This document shows positions 36,683-52,085 of a DNA stretch of 64,000 bases, in pieces. This DNA comes from Eledone cirrhosa (Eukaryota). Positions within the stretch are counted from its first letter, which is position 1. The number at the start of each line of letters is the position of its first letter. Below the pieces are notes generated by a model. That model worked only from the letters and a program-made list of their open reading frames with translations. It had not been told where the DNA came from and did not search any database. The position numbers were made by a program, and so were the translations under genes. The DNA is taken from NCBI GenBank assembly GCA_964016885.1, contig OZ024757.1, positions 6,572,001 through 6,636,000 on the forward strand, given 5' to 3'.

Positions 36683-37214
36683 TCCAGAAGGCTCTGTAGA
36701 AACTGGTTCATAATTTCTATTAACTAGATGACCAAATTAACAGTGGAGGTGGGTGTTCTGAAGGTACAGTAGCCTGAGTGAGAATGGGATGGAAACAGTT
36801 TAGGGAGCTACTACTACTGCTGCCTACAAAATGATTTCCCCTGAAAGTGAAAGGCAGATTGTATGAAGTCTGTGTACAAACAGCAATGTTACATTGAAGT
36901 GAGACCAGGGCAATATATTCAGAGGACCTATAAAGACTGGAAAGAAATGAAGTTTACAGGATCTGATAGAGGTGTAATAGTGTGCATGAACAACAAGCAT
37001 TAATAAACTGAGAGAGAAACTAGGTATAAGAGAGGTCAGATACAGTGTAGAGGGGAGGAGATGGTGGTGGTTTGGACATGTGATGTGTATGGAAGATGAC
37101 AGCTGTATAAAAGGCTACAGGGTCATCAAAGTCGTTAACTATGAAATAGGAAGACCTAGGAAAGCTTGCAATGAAATGATAAAAGCTGACAAGATAAAAT
37201 TAGATTACACTAAA

Positions 37215-40200
37215 GACACACACTTCCATTATGAAATATGTGGGAAATCTTTTACTTCTAACAGTAATTTAACTGTACATACGGGAACACACACTGGAGA
37301 AAATGTCTGTCAATGTAAAATATGTGGGAAATCTTTTGTTCTGAACAATCATTTAATTGAACATAAAATAACAACACTGGAGAGAAACCCTATCACTGTG
37401 AAATATGTGGGAATCTTTCATTAGTAACAGTGAATATAATAGACACAAAATAACACACACTAGAGAGAAACCATATCACTGTGAAATATGTGGGAATCTT
37501 TCATTAGTAACAGTGAATATAATAAACACAAAATAACACACACTTGAGAGAAACCCTATCACTGTGAAATATGTGGGAATCTTTCATTAGTAACAGTGAA
37601 TATAATAAACACAAAATAACATACACTAGAGAGAAACCCTATCACTGTGAAATATGTGGGAATCTTTCATTAGTAACAGTGAATATAATAAACACAAAAT
37701 AACACACACTGGAGAGAAACCCTATCACTGTGAAATATGTGGGAATCTTTCATTAGTAACAGTGAATATAATAAACACAAAATAACACACTCTGGAGAGA
37801 AACCCTATCACTGTGAAATATGTGGGAATCTTTCATTAGTAACAGTGAATATAATAAACACAAAATAACACACACTGGAGAGAAACCCTATCACTGTGAA
37901 ATATGTGGGAATCTTTCATTAGTAACAGTGAATATAATAAACACAAAATAACACACACTGGAGAGAAACCCTATCACTGTGAAATATGTGGGAATCTTTC
38001 ATTAGTAACAGTGAATATAATAAACACAAAATAACACACACTAGAGAGAAACCCTATCACTGTGAAATATGTGGGAATCTTTCATTAGTAACAGTGAATA
38101 TAATAAACACAAAATATCACACACTGGAGAGAAACCCTATCACTGTGAAATATGTGGGAATCTTTCATTAGTAACAGTGAATATAATAAACACAAAATAT
38201 CACACTCTGGAGAGAAACCCTATCACTGTGAAATATGTGGGAATCTTTCATTAGTAACAGTGAATATAATAGATACAAAATAACACACTCTGGAGAGAAA
38301 CCCTATCACTGTGAAATATGTGGGAATCTTTCATAAGTAACAGTGAATATAATAAACACAAAATAACACACACTAGAGAGAAACCCTATCACTGTGAAAT
38401 ATGTGGGAATCTTTCATTAGTAACAGTGAATATAATAAACACAAAATAACACACACTGGAGAGAAACCCTATCACTGTGAAATATGTGGGAATCTTTCAT
38501 TAGTAACAGTGAATATAATAGATACAAAATAACACACTCTGGAGAGAAACCCTATCACTGTGAAATATGTGGGAATCTTTCATTAGTAACAGTGAATATA
38601 ATAAACACAAAATAACACACTCTGAAGAGAAACCCTATCACTGTGAAATATGTGGGAATCTTTCATTAGTAACAGTGAATATATAGACACAAAATAACAC
38701 ACTCTGGAGAGAAACCCTATCACTGTGAAATATGTGGGAATCTTTCATTAGTAACAGTGAATATAATAAACACAAAATAACACACACTAGAGAGAAACCC
38801 TATCACTGTGAAATATGTGGGAATCTTTCATTAGTAACAGTGAATATAATAAACACAAAATAACACACACTGGAGAGAAACCATATCACTGTGAAATATG
38901 TGGGAATCTTTCATTAGTAACAGTGAATATAATAAACACAAAATAACACACACTAGAGAGAAACCATATCACTGTGAAATATGTGGGAATCTTTCATTAG
39001 TAACAGTGAATATATAGACACAAAATAACACACTCTGGAGAGAAACCCTATCACTGTGAAATATGTGGGAATCTTTCATTAGTAACAGTGAATATAATAA
39101 ACACAAAATAACACACACTAGAGAGAAACCATATCACTGTGAAATATGTGGGAATCTTTCATTAGTAACAGTTAATATAATATACACAAAATAACACACA
39201 CTTGAGAGAAACCCTATCACTGTGAAATATGTGGGAATCTTCCATTAGTAACAGTGAATATAATAAACGCAAAATAACACACTCTGGAGAGAAACCCTAT
39301 CACTGTGAAATATGTGGGAATCTTTCATTAGTAACAGTGAATATAATAGACACAAAATAACACACTCTGGAGAGAAACCCTATCACTGTGAAATATGTGG
39401 GAATCTTTCATTAGTAACAGTGAATATAATAGACACAAAATAACACACTCTGGAGAGAAACCCTATCACTGTAAAATATGTGGGAATCTTTCATTAGTAA
39501 CAGTGAATATAATAGACACAATTAACACACTCTGGAGAGAAACCCTATCATTGTAAAATATGTGGGAATCTTTCATTAGTAACAGTGAATATAATAAACG
39601 CAATTAACACACACTAGAGAGAAACCCTATCACTGTGAAATATGTGGGAATCTTTCATAAGTAACAGTGAATATAATAAACACAAAATAACACACACTAG
39701 AGAGAAACCCTATCACTGTGAAATATGTGGGAATCTTTCATTAGTAACAGTGAATATAATAAACACAAAATAACACACACTGGAGAGAAACCCTATCACT
39801 GTGAAATATGTGGGAATCTTTCATTAGTAACAGTGAATATAATAAACACAAAATAACACACTCTGGAGAGAAACCCTATCACTGTGAAATATGTGGGAAT
39901 CTTTCATTAGTAACAGTGAATATAATAAACACAAAATAACACACACTGGAGAGAAACCCTATCACTGTGAAATATGTGGGAATCTTTCATTAGTAACAGT
40001 GAATATAATAAACACAAAATAACACACTCTGGAGAGAAACCCTATCACTGTGAAATATGTGGGAATCTTTCATTAGTAACAGTGAATATAATAGACACAA
40101 AATAACACACACTGGAGAGAAACCCTATCACTGTGAAATATGTGGGAATCTTTCATTAGTAACAGTTAATATAATAAACACAAAATGACATACACTAGAG

Positions 40201-41130
40201 AGAAACCCTATCACTGTAAAATATGTGGGAATCTTTCATTAGTAACAGTGAATATAATAGACACAAAATAACACACACTGGAGAGAAACCCTATCACTGT
40301 GAAATATGTGGGAATCTTTCATTAGTAACAGTGAATATAATAAACACAAAATAACACACTCTGGAGAGAAACCCTATCACTGTGAAATATGTGGGAATCT
40401 TTCATTAGTAACAGTGAATATAATAAACACAAAATAACACACACTAGAGAGAAACCATATCACTGTGAAATATGTGGGAATCTTTCATTAGTAACAGTGA
40501 ATATAATAAACACAAAATAACACACTCTGGAGAGAAACCCTATCACTGTGAAATATGTGGGAATCTTTCATTAGTAACAGTGAATATAATAAACACAAAA
40601 TAACACACACTAGAGAGAAACCATATCACTGTGAAATATGTGGGAATCTTTCATTAGTAACAGTGAATATAATAAACACAATTAACACACACTAGAGAGA
40701 AACCCTATCACTGTGAAATATGTGGGAATCTTTCATTAGTAACAGTGAATATAATAAACACAATTAACACACACTAGAGAGAAATCCTATCACTGTGAAA
40801 TATGTGGGAATCTTTCATTAGTAACAGTGAATATAATAAACACAATTAACACACACTAGAGAGAAACCCTATCACTGTGAAATATGTGGGAATCTTTCAT
40901 TAGTAACAGTGAATATAATAAACACAATTAACACACACTGGAGAGAAATCCTATCACTGTGAAATATGTGGGAATCTTTCATTAGTAACAGTGAATATAA
41001 TAAACACAAAATAACACACTTGTGAAAAACCTTTTACACAGTGAAATATGTGGGAAATGTTTTTTCTCTAACAGTTATTTAGACACAAACATAGAGAGGA
41101 AGGAAAGTTTTTAACTATGAAATATGAGAC
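37215..41130 (+). pseudogene. C2H2-ZNF pseudogene whose body is a tandem array of ~44 copies of an 83-bp frameshifted finger unit
   Basis: Two ordinary fingers at 37215-37375, then units ACTGGAGAGAAACCCTATCACTGTGAAATATGTGGGAATCTTTCATTAGTAACAGTGAATATAATAAACACAAAATAACACAC (83 bp, GGGAAT instead of GGGAAAT) to ~41020. Confidence 0.92.
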
Positions 41131-41597
41131 ATCCTTCCTCTTACAAATCTAAACTTATTTTCAAACAATATCAAATGTGAATACTTGGCAGTTTGATAGA
41201 CTCCAAACATTGCTGGCCATTTTTACAAATATATTTTCATTTGAAATTAAAATCTTTCTCTGATCTATTCTTGAATTTTTGAATTAATTTAAAATCTATG
41301 CCAGAAGTGTCTGCCATTTGTTTGTCAACAGCAACATTTCCTGGTACTGTGTGTAATTGAGGGTCCTTCCATCACCTGGGGTAAAGCATGGGCTTCCAAT
41401 TTATCTCTGATGTTACTAGTATGTATGAATGGACCTGTAACTCCTGAGCGAGTCGTAGTAGCAACCTATTGACATAGGTTATTTCTAGGGTATTATATAA
41501 CCTGCCAGGACCCATCTCCTCTCCAGGTCTGAATACAGCAAATTTCTTCCAGAGAATTATTGAGAATGAATGAGAAAGAGATAAAGAAGAAGAGTCG

Positions 41598-41735
41598 ACC
41601 CCAGTATTAGACTGGTACCTTTGTTTATTGACCTCAAATGGATGAAAGGAGAAGTCGACCTGGGTGAGATTTGAACTGAGAGAGTAGAGAGCTGAAACAA
41701 ATACTGCAAAGTATTCTATCAGACATTCTAACGAC
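41598..41735 (-). mobile_element. Diverged SINE family A-related copy
   Basis: ACTGGTACC..GGATGAAAGGAGAAGTCGACC..GATTTGAACT. Confidence 0.6.
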
Positions 41736-41774
41736 TCATGAAATTCACATAATAACGTGAGATAATTGTGAGTA

Positions 41775-44070
41775 TGTAATTCCACATACCTGTCTTAATG
41801 TTTATATTGATAGGTAGACCAGGTAAGGAAGGTAGTTAGAGTGAGTTGGGAAACATCATGACAAATTCCCTGGTGTATATGGAAGCTAGATATATGGCAC
41901 AGGGGGGCATACAAACCAAATATACTTTATCCTCCAGATAACGGGACAGGCAAATGGTTGTAATGCCTGTCCTGGGGAAGAATGTACCTCCCAACATATA
42001 CTAGTTGTCAGTGACCCTAAAGTAAGGGTTAAGAGGCCCAGTCTAGAGAAGGAAGAACTGTAACTCTCTGTAAGTAACAAATTCAGAGACATCCTACTAT
42101 TACATCTAAAACAGTAAGGAAGAGGAGTTATGGACATATAGTATAGAGGTAAATTAGGAAGTTCTATGGGATAATCTGAGAGGGTGGTATAAGCCATGTA
42201 TACAGATGATATCAGTAAGGTTAAAATTAATGACTATAGTGAGGAGTTTCACTTGCAAGTTGGGGTCCATCAAGGCCCTGTCCTTAGCCCTTCTCCTGTT
42301 TATTATCGCCCACCTGGCTATATCAGAATAATTTAAAACAAGATGTTCTTGGGAAATCCAGTATGTTGATGATTGAACTATCATAGCTGAATCTATGGCA
42401 GAAGTAGAGAAAAATTCCTGACCTGGTAGCACAATCTGGAATAAAAATGTATTAAATTCAAATTGACAAAGACTAAAGTCCTTGTATGTAGAAAAGAAAA
42501 CAAGGTCCAGATCTCCTCAGAGAAATGGCCTTACTCAGTGTGTATGTAAAGGGTAGGTAGAAATTCCACCCTGTCCTAAATGTATACTATGGGGACACAA
42601 GAGATGTAGTGAGATCTCAAGTAGGCCAGCTAAGTACATAGGTTTTATATCTGACCAGGAGCAGTAAGCAGTGAATGCTGACAGGTAACAAGCTCTATTA
42701 AATTCTGTGAGAGTTATGTAGAAGCAGTTAATAGCTTCTGTTACCTGGATGACCAAATTAGCAGTGGTGGTGGGTGTTCTGAAAATACAGCTACCAGAAT
42801 GAGAACTGGATGGAGAAAGTTCAGGGAGCTACTGCTGTTCGCTACAAAAGTTGTTTCCACTCATACTGAAGGACATATTGATTGATGTGTGTATATGAAC
42901 AGCAAATCTGCATGGTATTGAGTCCTGGTTTCTGTGTGTAGAGGACCTATAAAGATTGGAAAGAAATGAAGCTTACATGCCCCCAATGGATGATCTCTGG
43001 AGTTCTGTTGTACTGCAGAAGACCTGCCTTCCTATGTACACAGGATAAAGCAACATCTAGTGGTTTCTAGTATACACCACCTCTTCCTCTTTCATACTCC
43101 TCCCACGTCTTAACACTCCACCCTTCACCAGCTAAATACCCCACCCTAGACATACCCCTCCAATCCCCACCCTACACACATGCACGCCCCATCCCCACCA
43201 CACTCTCCACGTCTGATGCACCCCTCTTGACCAACCCATGTATACAAGTGTTGAAAGCTGACCACACTCTCCTACAATGCTGCTGAAATGGCTAAAAGTC
43301 CTCAGTCCACCCTCTAAAGGGGTCATGCTGGTGATACGAAAAAGTCCCCTAGTCCATCATGTTAGGGGCTCATGTTGGTGCTACGAATAAAATCTCTGTA
43401 AGATAACATGACAAAAGGGCATAGAGTCCTCCCTCCAGGGGGTCACATTGATGACATGATAAGTACCCAGTGTAAGGGGTCACGTTGGGGCACAACAGAA
43501 GGAGTCAGGTCTGCTCTGTAGGGTGGACTGGTGGTTGGTGACACAACAAAGAACACCCAGTCTGTACTTTAAGATGGTCATGTTGGGGACATGTCAAAAG
43601 AACCCAGTCCACCCTGTAGAGTAGGTTTGGTAGCGACACAAACGTCTAGCCCCCACTATCGTGATGGTGACACCACAATATACGCCCACCCCAAACTTGG
43701 TGACAAGATGAAAACCGTCGAGCCGACACAGTAAAGTGGTCGTGTTGTTGACGTGATAAAACGTTCCCAGTCCACACTGTAATTTGGTCGTTTTGGTGCT
43801 ACGACAAAAGGCGGCCACTCCATACTGTCATCTGGTCACGTTGGTAACACGACAAAAAGCGCCCAGTTCACTCTGTAAAGTTGTCGTTTTGGAGCCATGA
43901 TAAAAACACTCAGTCTCCACACTGAAAATGTGGTTGACGTTAAAAGGGAAGACGTAGAGACCAAGCTAGAAACAGTTCTGTATGAGCAAGACACAGTCAT
44001 CTGATCCCACAATAGGGCAATTAGCCTGACACATGCTAGCATGGCGTTAAACAGTGATAAGGATGATGTA
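41775..44070 (+). mobile_element. Decayed RTE LINE with deletions and 3'UTR
   Basis: GVHQGPVLSP, WEIQYVDD and FCYLDDQISSGGG remnants. The 3'UTR is homologous to 17570-18410. Confidence 0.82.
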
Positions 44071-44181
44071 GTAAACTACCAGGGGAGATAACTCCACTTT
44101 AGCTTTATATAAATCTCGCGTTAGTATGATTGAATAATCGTTTATTTAAAGTTGTTCCAGCTGTGACCATCACGTTTCTGT

Positions 44182-44212
<31 letters not shown>

Positions 44213-44429
44213 GTGTGTGTATGTATATATACATACATGTGTGTGTGATTATGTGTGACTAAATTGCAGTATATGGCCGATGTATATTTAGAGCTAGAGG
44301 GTTTTTGGCTGCTATTTCTACCAGGTCAAGTAACCAGGTAAGAGACTCCCTCGTTGTTACGTAATAAACATTTTACTGGGAGATGTTGTTTGTTTCACCA
44401 GGGGTTGGATACAATTGATGGAGTTAATT

Positions 44430-44980
44430 GATATAACTGAAGGTCTTTCTAAAGGTTTAAATTATGTCAGGGACTTTTAACGTATGACACCGGTTTTATT
44501 TATGATCAGGGAAACATTGTCAACGATACCACGTACCTGCTATCTTAATTATAACTTTAATTAATCTAATTATATCTTGTATAGCAATTATCTCATGTTA
44601 AGGTGAAAGTTAATATTCTGTAGATAACATAGAGTGAGCTACATGTTCCAGGGTAGGTGTTCCATCTCCTACATGATTAAATATTTCATTTCATGAGAAA
44701 CTACGCCACATCGTGAATTGGTTGTTCTACATTTTACAGGACAGTGAGAAATAGGTTTAAATCACCAACATCTGAACAATTAGCTTCCCTGGTCTTTCTT
44801 GACTTTACACTTGGACTTGAAATATAAAGTATGTATTATTTGTATTGTTAACACAGCAGATATTGTGTACTTTTCTACACTCCGTGGTGAACAATCCTCA
44901 TTTATTAAGACACAAACACACACACACTCTCTCTTACACTTTCTTATACCAACATCTGTCTTACACAGTCATATATCTTC
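44430..44980 (+). promoter_or_regulatory. Shared ZNF upstream cassette, copy 2
   Basis: AAATTATGTCAGGGACTTTTAACGTATGACACCG|GT (44493), acceptor CATTTTACAG|G (44739) and ACATCTGTCTTACACAGTCATAT. Confidence 0.5.
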
Positions 44981-45010
44981 AGAACTTCGAAGAATTCTTC
45001 AAGAATTACT

Positions 45011-46740
<1,730 letters not shown>

Positions 46741-46930
46741 AGGAGTAGTTTTACTTGTTTTTCTTTTTCTTTTTTATTGATTTCATTGTTTTGTAAACAA
46801 TTTATTAATTTTTCATAATTAATTTTGTAAATAGTATTTATGACCTAAATTTCATTCTATTTGTTGTTAATAAAAGAATTATATTTAAGGAATTTATCAA
46901 GTCTGTAACTTCAACTTTTTGTTATTTTGC

Positions 46931-47647
46931 CATCTAAATCTCTGTTATTAACACCATATGTAATGATATCATCTTGTAAGTAGTTTTAATACATCTAACA
47001 CCCATCTAAATCTGTTATTCACACCATATGTAATGATATCATCTTGTAAGTAGTTTTAATACATCTAACACCCATCTAAATCTCTGTTATTAACACCATA
47101 TGTAATGATATCATCTTGTAAGTAGTTTTAATACATCTAACACCTATCTAAATCTCTGTTATTAACACCATATGTAATGATATCATCTTGTAAGTAGTTT
47201 TAATACATCTAACACCCATCTAAATCTCTGTTATTAACACCATATTTAATGATATCATCTTGTTAGTAGTTTCAATACATCTAACACCCATCTAAATCTC
47301 TGTTATTAACACCATACATAATGATATCATCTTGTAAGTAGTTTTAATACATCTAACACCCATCTAAATCTCTGTTATTAATACCATACGTAATGATATC
47401 ATCTTGTAAGTAGTTTTAATACATCTAACACCCATCTAAATCTCTGTTATTAATACCATACGTAATGATATCATCTTGTAAGTAGTTTTAATACATCTAA
47501 CACCCATCTAAATCTCTGTTATTAACACCATATGTAATGATATCATCTTGTGAGTAGTTTTAATACATCTAACACCCATCTAAATCTCTGTTATTAACAC
47601 CATATGTAATGATATCATCTTGTAAGCAGTTTTAATACATCTAACAC
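46931..47647. repeat. 72-bp minisatellite, about 10 copies
   Basis: Unit CATCTAAATCTCTGTTATTAACACCATATGTAATGATATCATCTTGTAAGTAGTTTTAATACATCTAACACC. Confidence 0.95.
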
Positions 47648-48592
47648 AAACACTTCAATGTTGTTTAAAATGACTGAAATTCTATCACTCTTTGTATATT
47701 TTACAACTGAAATTTAGAAATTTGACAATATCCTGGTTATAGGGCCACTAACTTTGTTGATATCATTGTTTCCCTAAAGTAACAAGAAAAATTAAAACTT
47801 AGTCACAAAAGATCACAAACTGTTGAAGTATTAGTTGTTTGTTGTTGAAGTTGTAGTAATGGAGATTTCTGGCATTCTGGTCCCTAAACTACCTCCCTAC
47901 TAACTGTTATCATGGTGGAGTTAGCCACACACAGGAGTGTCTTGTTAAACTATAGTGGTGGAGACAATTGTCAGACTTGGTCCCTATATCAGCTCCCTAC
48001 TGTTATCAGGGTGGAGTTGGCCACACACAGGTGAGAGCCCCACAAGTTTTAAAAGCTATTTCAACACATCTCACTTGCTGTCCTCCAGGGTAACCCCCTT
48101 TCACCATTCTGTCCTCTCCTGGGACCACAAGGTAACTGGTACCTAGTGTTCTCTATGCCTGAGAGAATTCTTCCACACTGTGCAGGTTTGTATCATTGGG
48201 GGGTATTGATGGTATAGTTTACTGATTGTTGTTAGTCACAGTCAATTATAAGAAATGTTTCAAGAAATATGAAACAACAAATATTATTTGCTAAAACTAG
48301 TTAAATCTCTATTGATTTGTAAATTAGGCTCAAGAGCAGCAGATTTAGGAGAGGAGCAAAGTTGACTAAAATATATATATATATGATAATAATAATAATA
48401 ATTGTTATAAAATAAAAAGGACGATTTGTTGTCTTAAGTGGTCCCCAACATTTTCTGCTTCAAATTAACCCCTATTATATACAAATTGCAACGTATACCT
48501 TCCTGCCAGATGGTTGAACGTCCGAAAGTATATAATTTCCTTATGCATATTAATGGCTGAGTAGCCCAATTTGCATATCGGCAGGAAGGTAT

Positions 48593-48635
48593 ACGTTGCT
48601 GACGATAGCTAACAAGCTTGAAACTAGTACAGCGT
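48593..48635 (+). ncRNA. Minimal type I hammerhead ribozyme (Penelope-type, palindromic stem III)
   Basis: ACGUUG-CUGACGA-U-AGCU-AACA-AGCU-U-GAAA-CUAG-UA^CAGCGU. Stem I has 6 bp with one G-U; stem III is the ACUAGU palindrome. Confidence 0.8.
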
Positions 48636-49044
48636 TCCTTTGTCAGTGTTGAACAAACGAGCAACGATGGTTGCTGGACACTACGGCTTAATAGGGGATG
48701 TTTGTTTACAAACACACCGAGCATTGTAATGAATGTTTGGTGAATCCATACGTACATATATATATATGTGTGCATGTATGTATATATATATACATACTAC
48801 TGTACGTCTGTATACATATATGTATGTACGTGTACATACTTATATTTAAGTAACAACCGTACTAAGAGTGGGAAATGAAATTTTGTTTCATTTTTTTCGT
48901 TTATATATATATATGTGAAGTAATTCCGTCGGAAAAGTCCAGGAAAAAAGAGTGCTCTATGTAGGTAACAGAGCTTAATAGTTATGTAATAAATAACATA
49001 AGGCAATTATTTCATTTACCAGTGGTTTCTTAAAAGCAAACAAA

Positions 49045-49790
49045 TTTTAGAGAGTGAGGTACCACAGACATCACAGTGATATGGTTCCTCTCCTGTATAT
49101 GTTAGTGTGTAGTGAAGCCACAACATTTAGAGAGTGAGGTACCACAGACATCACAGTGATATGGTTCCTCTCCTGTATATGTTAGTGTGTAGTGAAGCCA
49201 CAACATTTAGAGAGTGAGGTACCACAGACATCACAGTGATATGGTTCCTCTCCTGTATATGTTAGTGTGTAGTGAAGCCACAACATTTAGAGAGTGAGGT
49301 ACCACAGACATCACAGTGATATGGTTCCTCTCCTGTATATGTTAGTGTGTAGTGAAGCCACAGCATTTAGAGAGTGAGGTACCACAGACATCACAGTGAT
49401 ATGGTTCCTCTCCTGTATATGTTAGTGTGTAGTGAAGCCACAACTTTTAGAGAGTGAGGTACCACAGACATCACAGTGATATGGTTCCTCTCCTGTATAT
49501 GTTAGTGTGTAGTAAAGTCACAACATTTAGAGAGGGAGGTACAACAGACATCACAGTGATATGGTTCCTCTCCTGTATATGTTAGTGTGTAGTGAAGCCA
49601 CAACATTTAGAGAGTGAGGTACCACAGTGATATGGTTCCTCTCCTGTATATGTTAGTGTGTAGTAAAGTCACAGAATTTAGAGAAGCATTTACCACAGAC
49701 ATCATAGTGATATAGTTCCTCTCCTGTATATGTTTGTGTGTAGTTAATGTAACATTCAAAGAGAATGGTTTCTCTCACATGTCACAATGA
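49045..49790 (-). repeat. 80-bp minisatellite derived from a decayed C2H2 finger, about 9 copies
   Basis: Period 80 (49081, 49161, 49241). The minus strand encodes TGEEPYHCDVCG and matches 15570-15720. Confidence 0.9.
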
Positions 49791-49799
49791 GCTAATACC

Positions 49800-50595
49800 G
49801 CTGCTGGACACAAACAGTTTCTCTAAAAATGAAAGGCAGGTTGTATGATGCCTGCATATGAACGGCATTGTGTGCAGAGGACCTGCGCAGATTGGAAAGG
49901 AACGAAGCATGCATGCTCTGTTGGATGTGTAATTGTAAGATACATGAACGGCAAAACATAAACAAACTAAGTGAGAATTAGGAATAAGAGGGATCAGATG
50001 CTGTTTACTTGAGAGAAGATTACATTGGTATGGTCATGTGATGCACATGCAAGACGACAGCTTTATAAAAAAGTGCAGGGTGATCAAAATTGATGGAAGT
50101 TATGGAGTAGGTAGACCCAGAAAAACCTGGGACGACATAAAATCCAACCTTGCACACTTACACCTCTCTTAGTCAATGTCACTGGATTGAGATCTATGGT
50201 GCCACACAGTAACAGAGAAGACCTGCTTTCCCTATGTGCAAAGTTAACCTACAGTCAGTAGGACCCTCCTAACCAAATATACACCCAACCCACAACCCTT
50301 ACTCCATCCTCTCACTCCCACCAACACCACCCTGTCTCTGTAAAGTTATGTTGGTACCACAACATCCAGTCCAAACTAAAGAGGTCGTGTAGAAGTCATC
50401 ACGAAAAGACTCCCAGTCCACACTGGAAATGTGGTTGGTGTTAGGAAGGGCATCCAGCTGTAGAAAACATGCCAGATATAGTCTTTTACAAGCGATACAC
50501 GGTCACCCGATCAATTTTGCCTCAAGTGGGACAATTCCCGTCTAACCCATGCTAGCGTGGAAGATAGACATTAAATGATAATGATGATGATGATA
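49800..50595 (+). mobile_element. RTE 3' fragment, near-identical inverted copy of 24794-25570
   Basis: Both copies share idiosyncratic sequence, e.g. CATAAAATCCAACCTTGCACACTTACACCTCTCTTAG. Confidence 0.85.
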
Positions 50596-51375
50596 TATAG
50601 TGTATATAATAGTTGTAATGTCACTGGTGCTGATCTATATCAGCCTTTCCCTTGGACAACATGACATATAGTCTATATATATTGGACAATATTATATATA
50701 GTGTATATGTGGTGTATATAGTAGTTGTGACAATATTCTATATACATATGTACACACACACTGACAAACATGTATATACATATAGAAGGGTCGGATGAGA
50801 AGTTCATAGACTGACCAAGTTACTCTCATGGAATGAGACAATGTATACACAAATATATACTATATATATGTATACAAACACATATATATTGTATAGTGAA
50901 GTCATACATCATATGGTAATATCATGTTTTCAATTGTCAGTTAGGGAGGTACATTGTGTCCTTAAGCAAGACACATCATTCCACATGTCTCTAATCTCCA
51001 CAGCTGAAAAAGACAAGTATCAGCTTTAGTTGGAGGTTTAGCATGGGTTGGATCATTCTCTGCCTCCAACATTTTCCCTGCAGCCACAAACCCAGGCTTT
51101 ACTACCTGCAATAGAGAGAAGAGGGAGATAGTTATATACTGGGGCCTGACAAACCACTTCCTCTTTGTCCCCACACTGCTGATTTCCTTCTCAAAATTAG
51201 AAACACAGCAGCCCCCTTGAGGAAGTAGTCCCATGAGGTGGGGTGGATGTTGTAGTGGGTGTCTCTGGCTATTCTCTGTGGTAACACCTTTGCCATTTTG
51301 TCTGTAGGGTGGGGCTGAATCACAGCTCAGACTGAAATATAAAGTCTGTCCCTCTCCCGTTATTTTCGTTGGATT

Positions 51376-51557
51376 GGCAGTGTCGGTAGAGCGTCGGACG
51401 CCAAGCTTTGTAGCATAGAGTTACCTCCCTTTATGATCTGAGTTCAAATCCCGCCGAGGTTAACTTTGCCTTTGATCCTTACGAGGTCGATAAAATAAAG
51501 TACCAGTAATACACTGCGATAATTACTCGCCTTGTGCCAAAAGTAGAAACAATTATT
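51376..51557 (+). mobile_element. SINE family A, full length
   Basis: TGGCAGTGTCGGTAGAGCGTCGGAC (A-box), GAGTTCAAATCC (B-box), core and tail. Confidence 0.88.
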
Positions 51558-52085
51558 TTCGTTGTTTGATTCGTTTTTTCTTTTTTTTTTCATTACGTAA
51601 ATATTTTATTACCTTTAATAATGTGTTTTGGTTTAATATGAACAGTTATATAACATTAATAACGTTATTTATTCAAATCTGAATAAAGTACTAGCATATC
51701 TATTGAACGTATGAATCTAAACTATAATAAAAGAAGGAGCGCGGGACTGCGTACGGTTTATAATTGTTTATCCCATTAGTAAAATAAGTTAGATTACTTT
51801 GAATAAATAATTAATGAATATTACATAATTTATCTACTAAATTTCGGGGCTGTTGATTAAATATATTTTGTTTATTTAAAGATTCACTTCTTTAAAATTT
51901 CTGAAATGTCAACACTTCCGGTTGGCCATCACTTCAATAAACTATTAATTTTCTGTCACTAATTTTCTCCTAATGCAGTTTATATATAATATCGTCTTTT
52001 TTAATGTATCATGGATTACGTTACTGATTACATAAGACAGTGTAACACAGTCTTCGTTCAATTTCTGTGTATTATATATTGTCAA

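Larger units (their letters stand above)
34510..37200 (+). mobile_element. Heavily decayed RTE LINE with nested MITEs
   Basis: Peptide remnants LDEMKFGFVPGKSTTDVLF, IINCYKGK, GCPWELLYAHD and GRPRK. Confidence 0.85.

Noticed and set aside
37376-41020. CRISPR-like regular array
   Set aside because: There are no unique spacers, the units are zinc-finger-derived tandem repeats, and the context is eukaryotic with no cas genes.
46931-49790. 72-bp and 80-bp arrays as CRISPR arrays
   Set aside because: Whole units are repeated head-to-tail without variable spacers.
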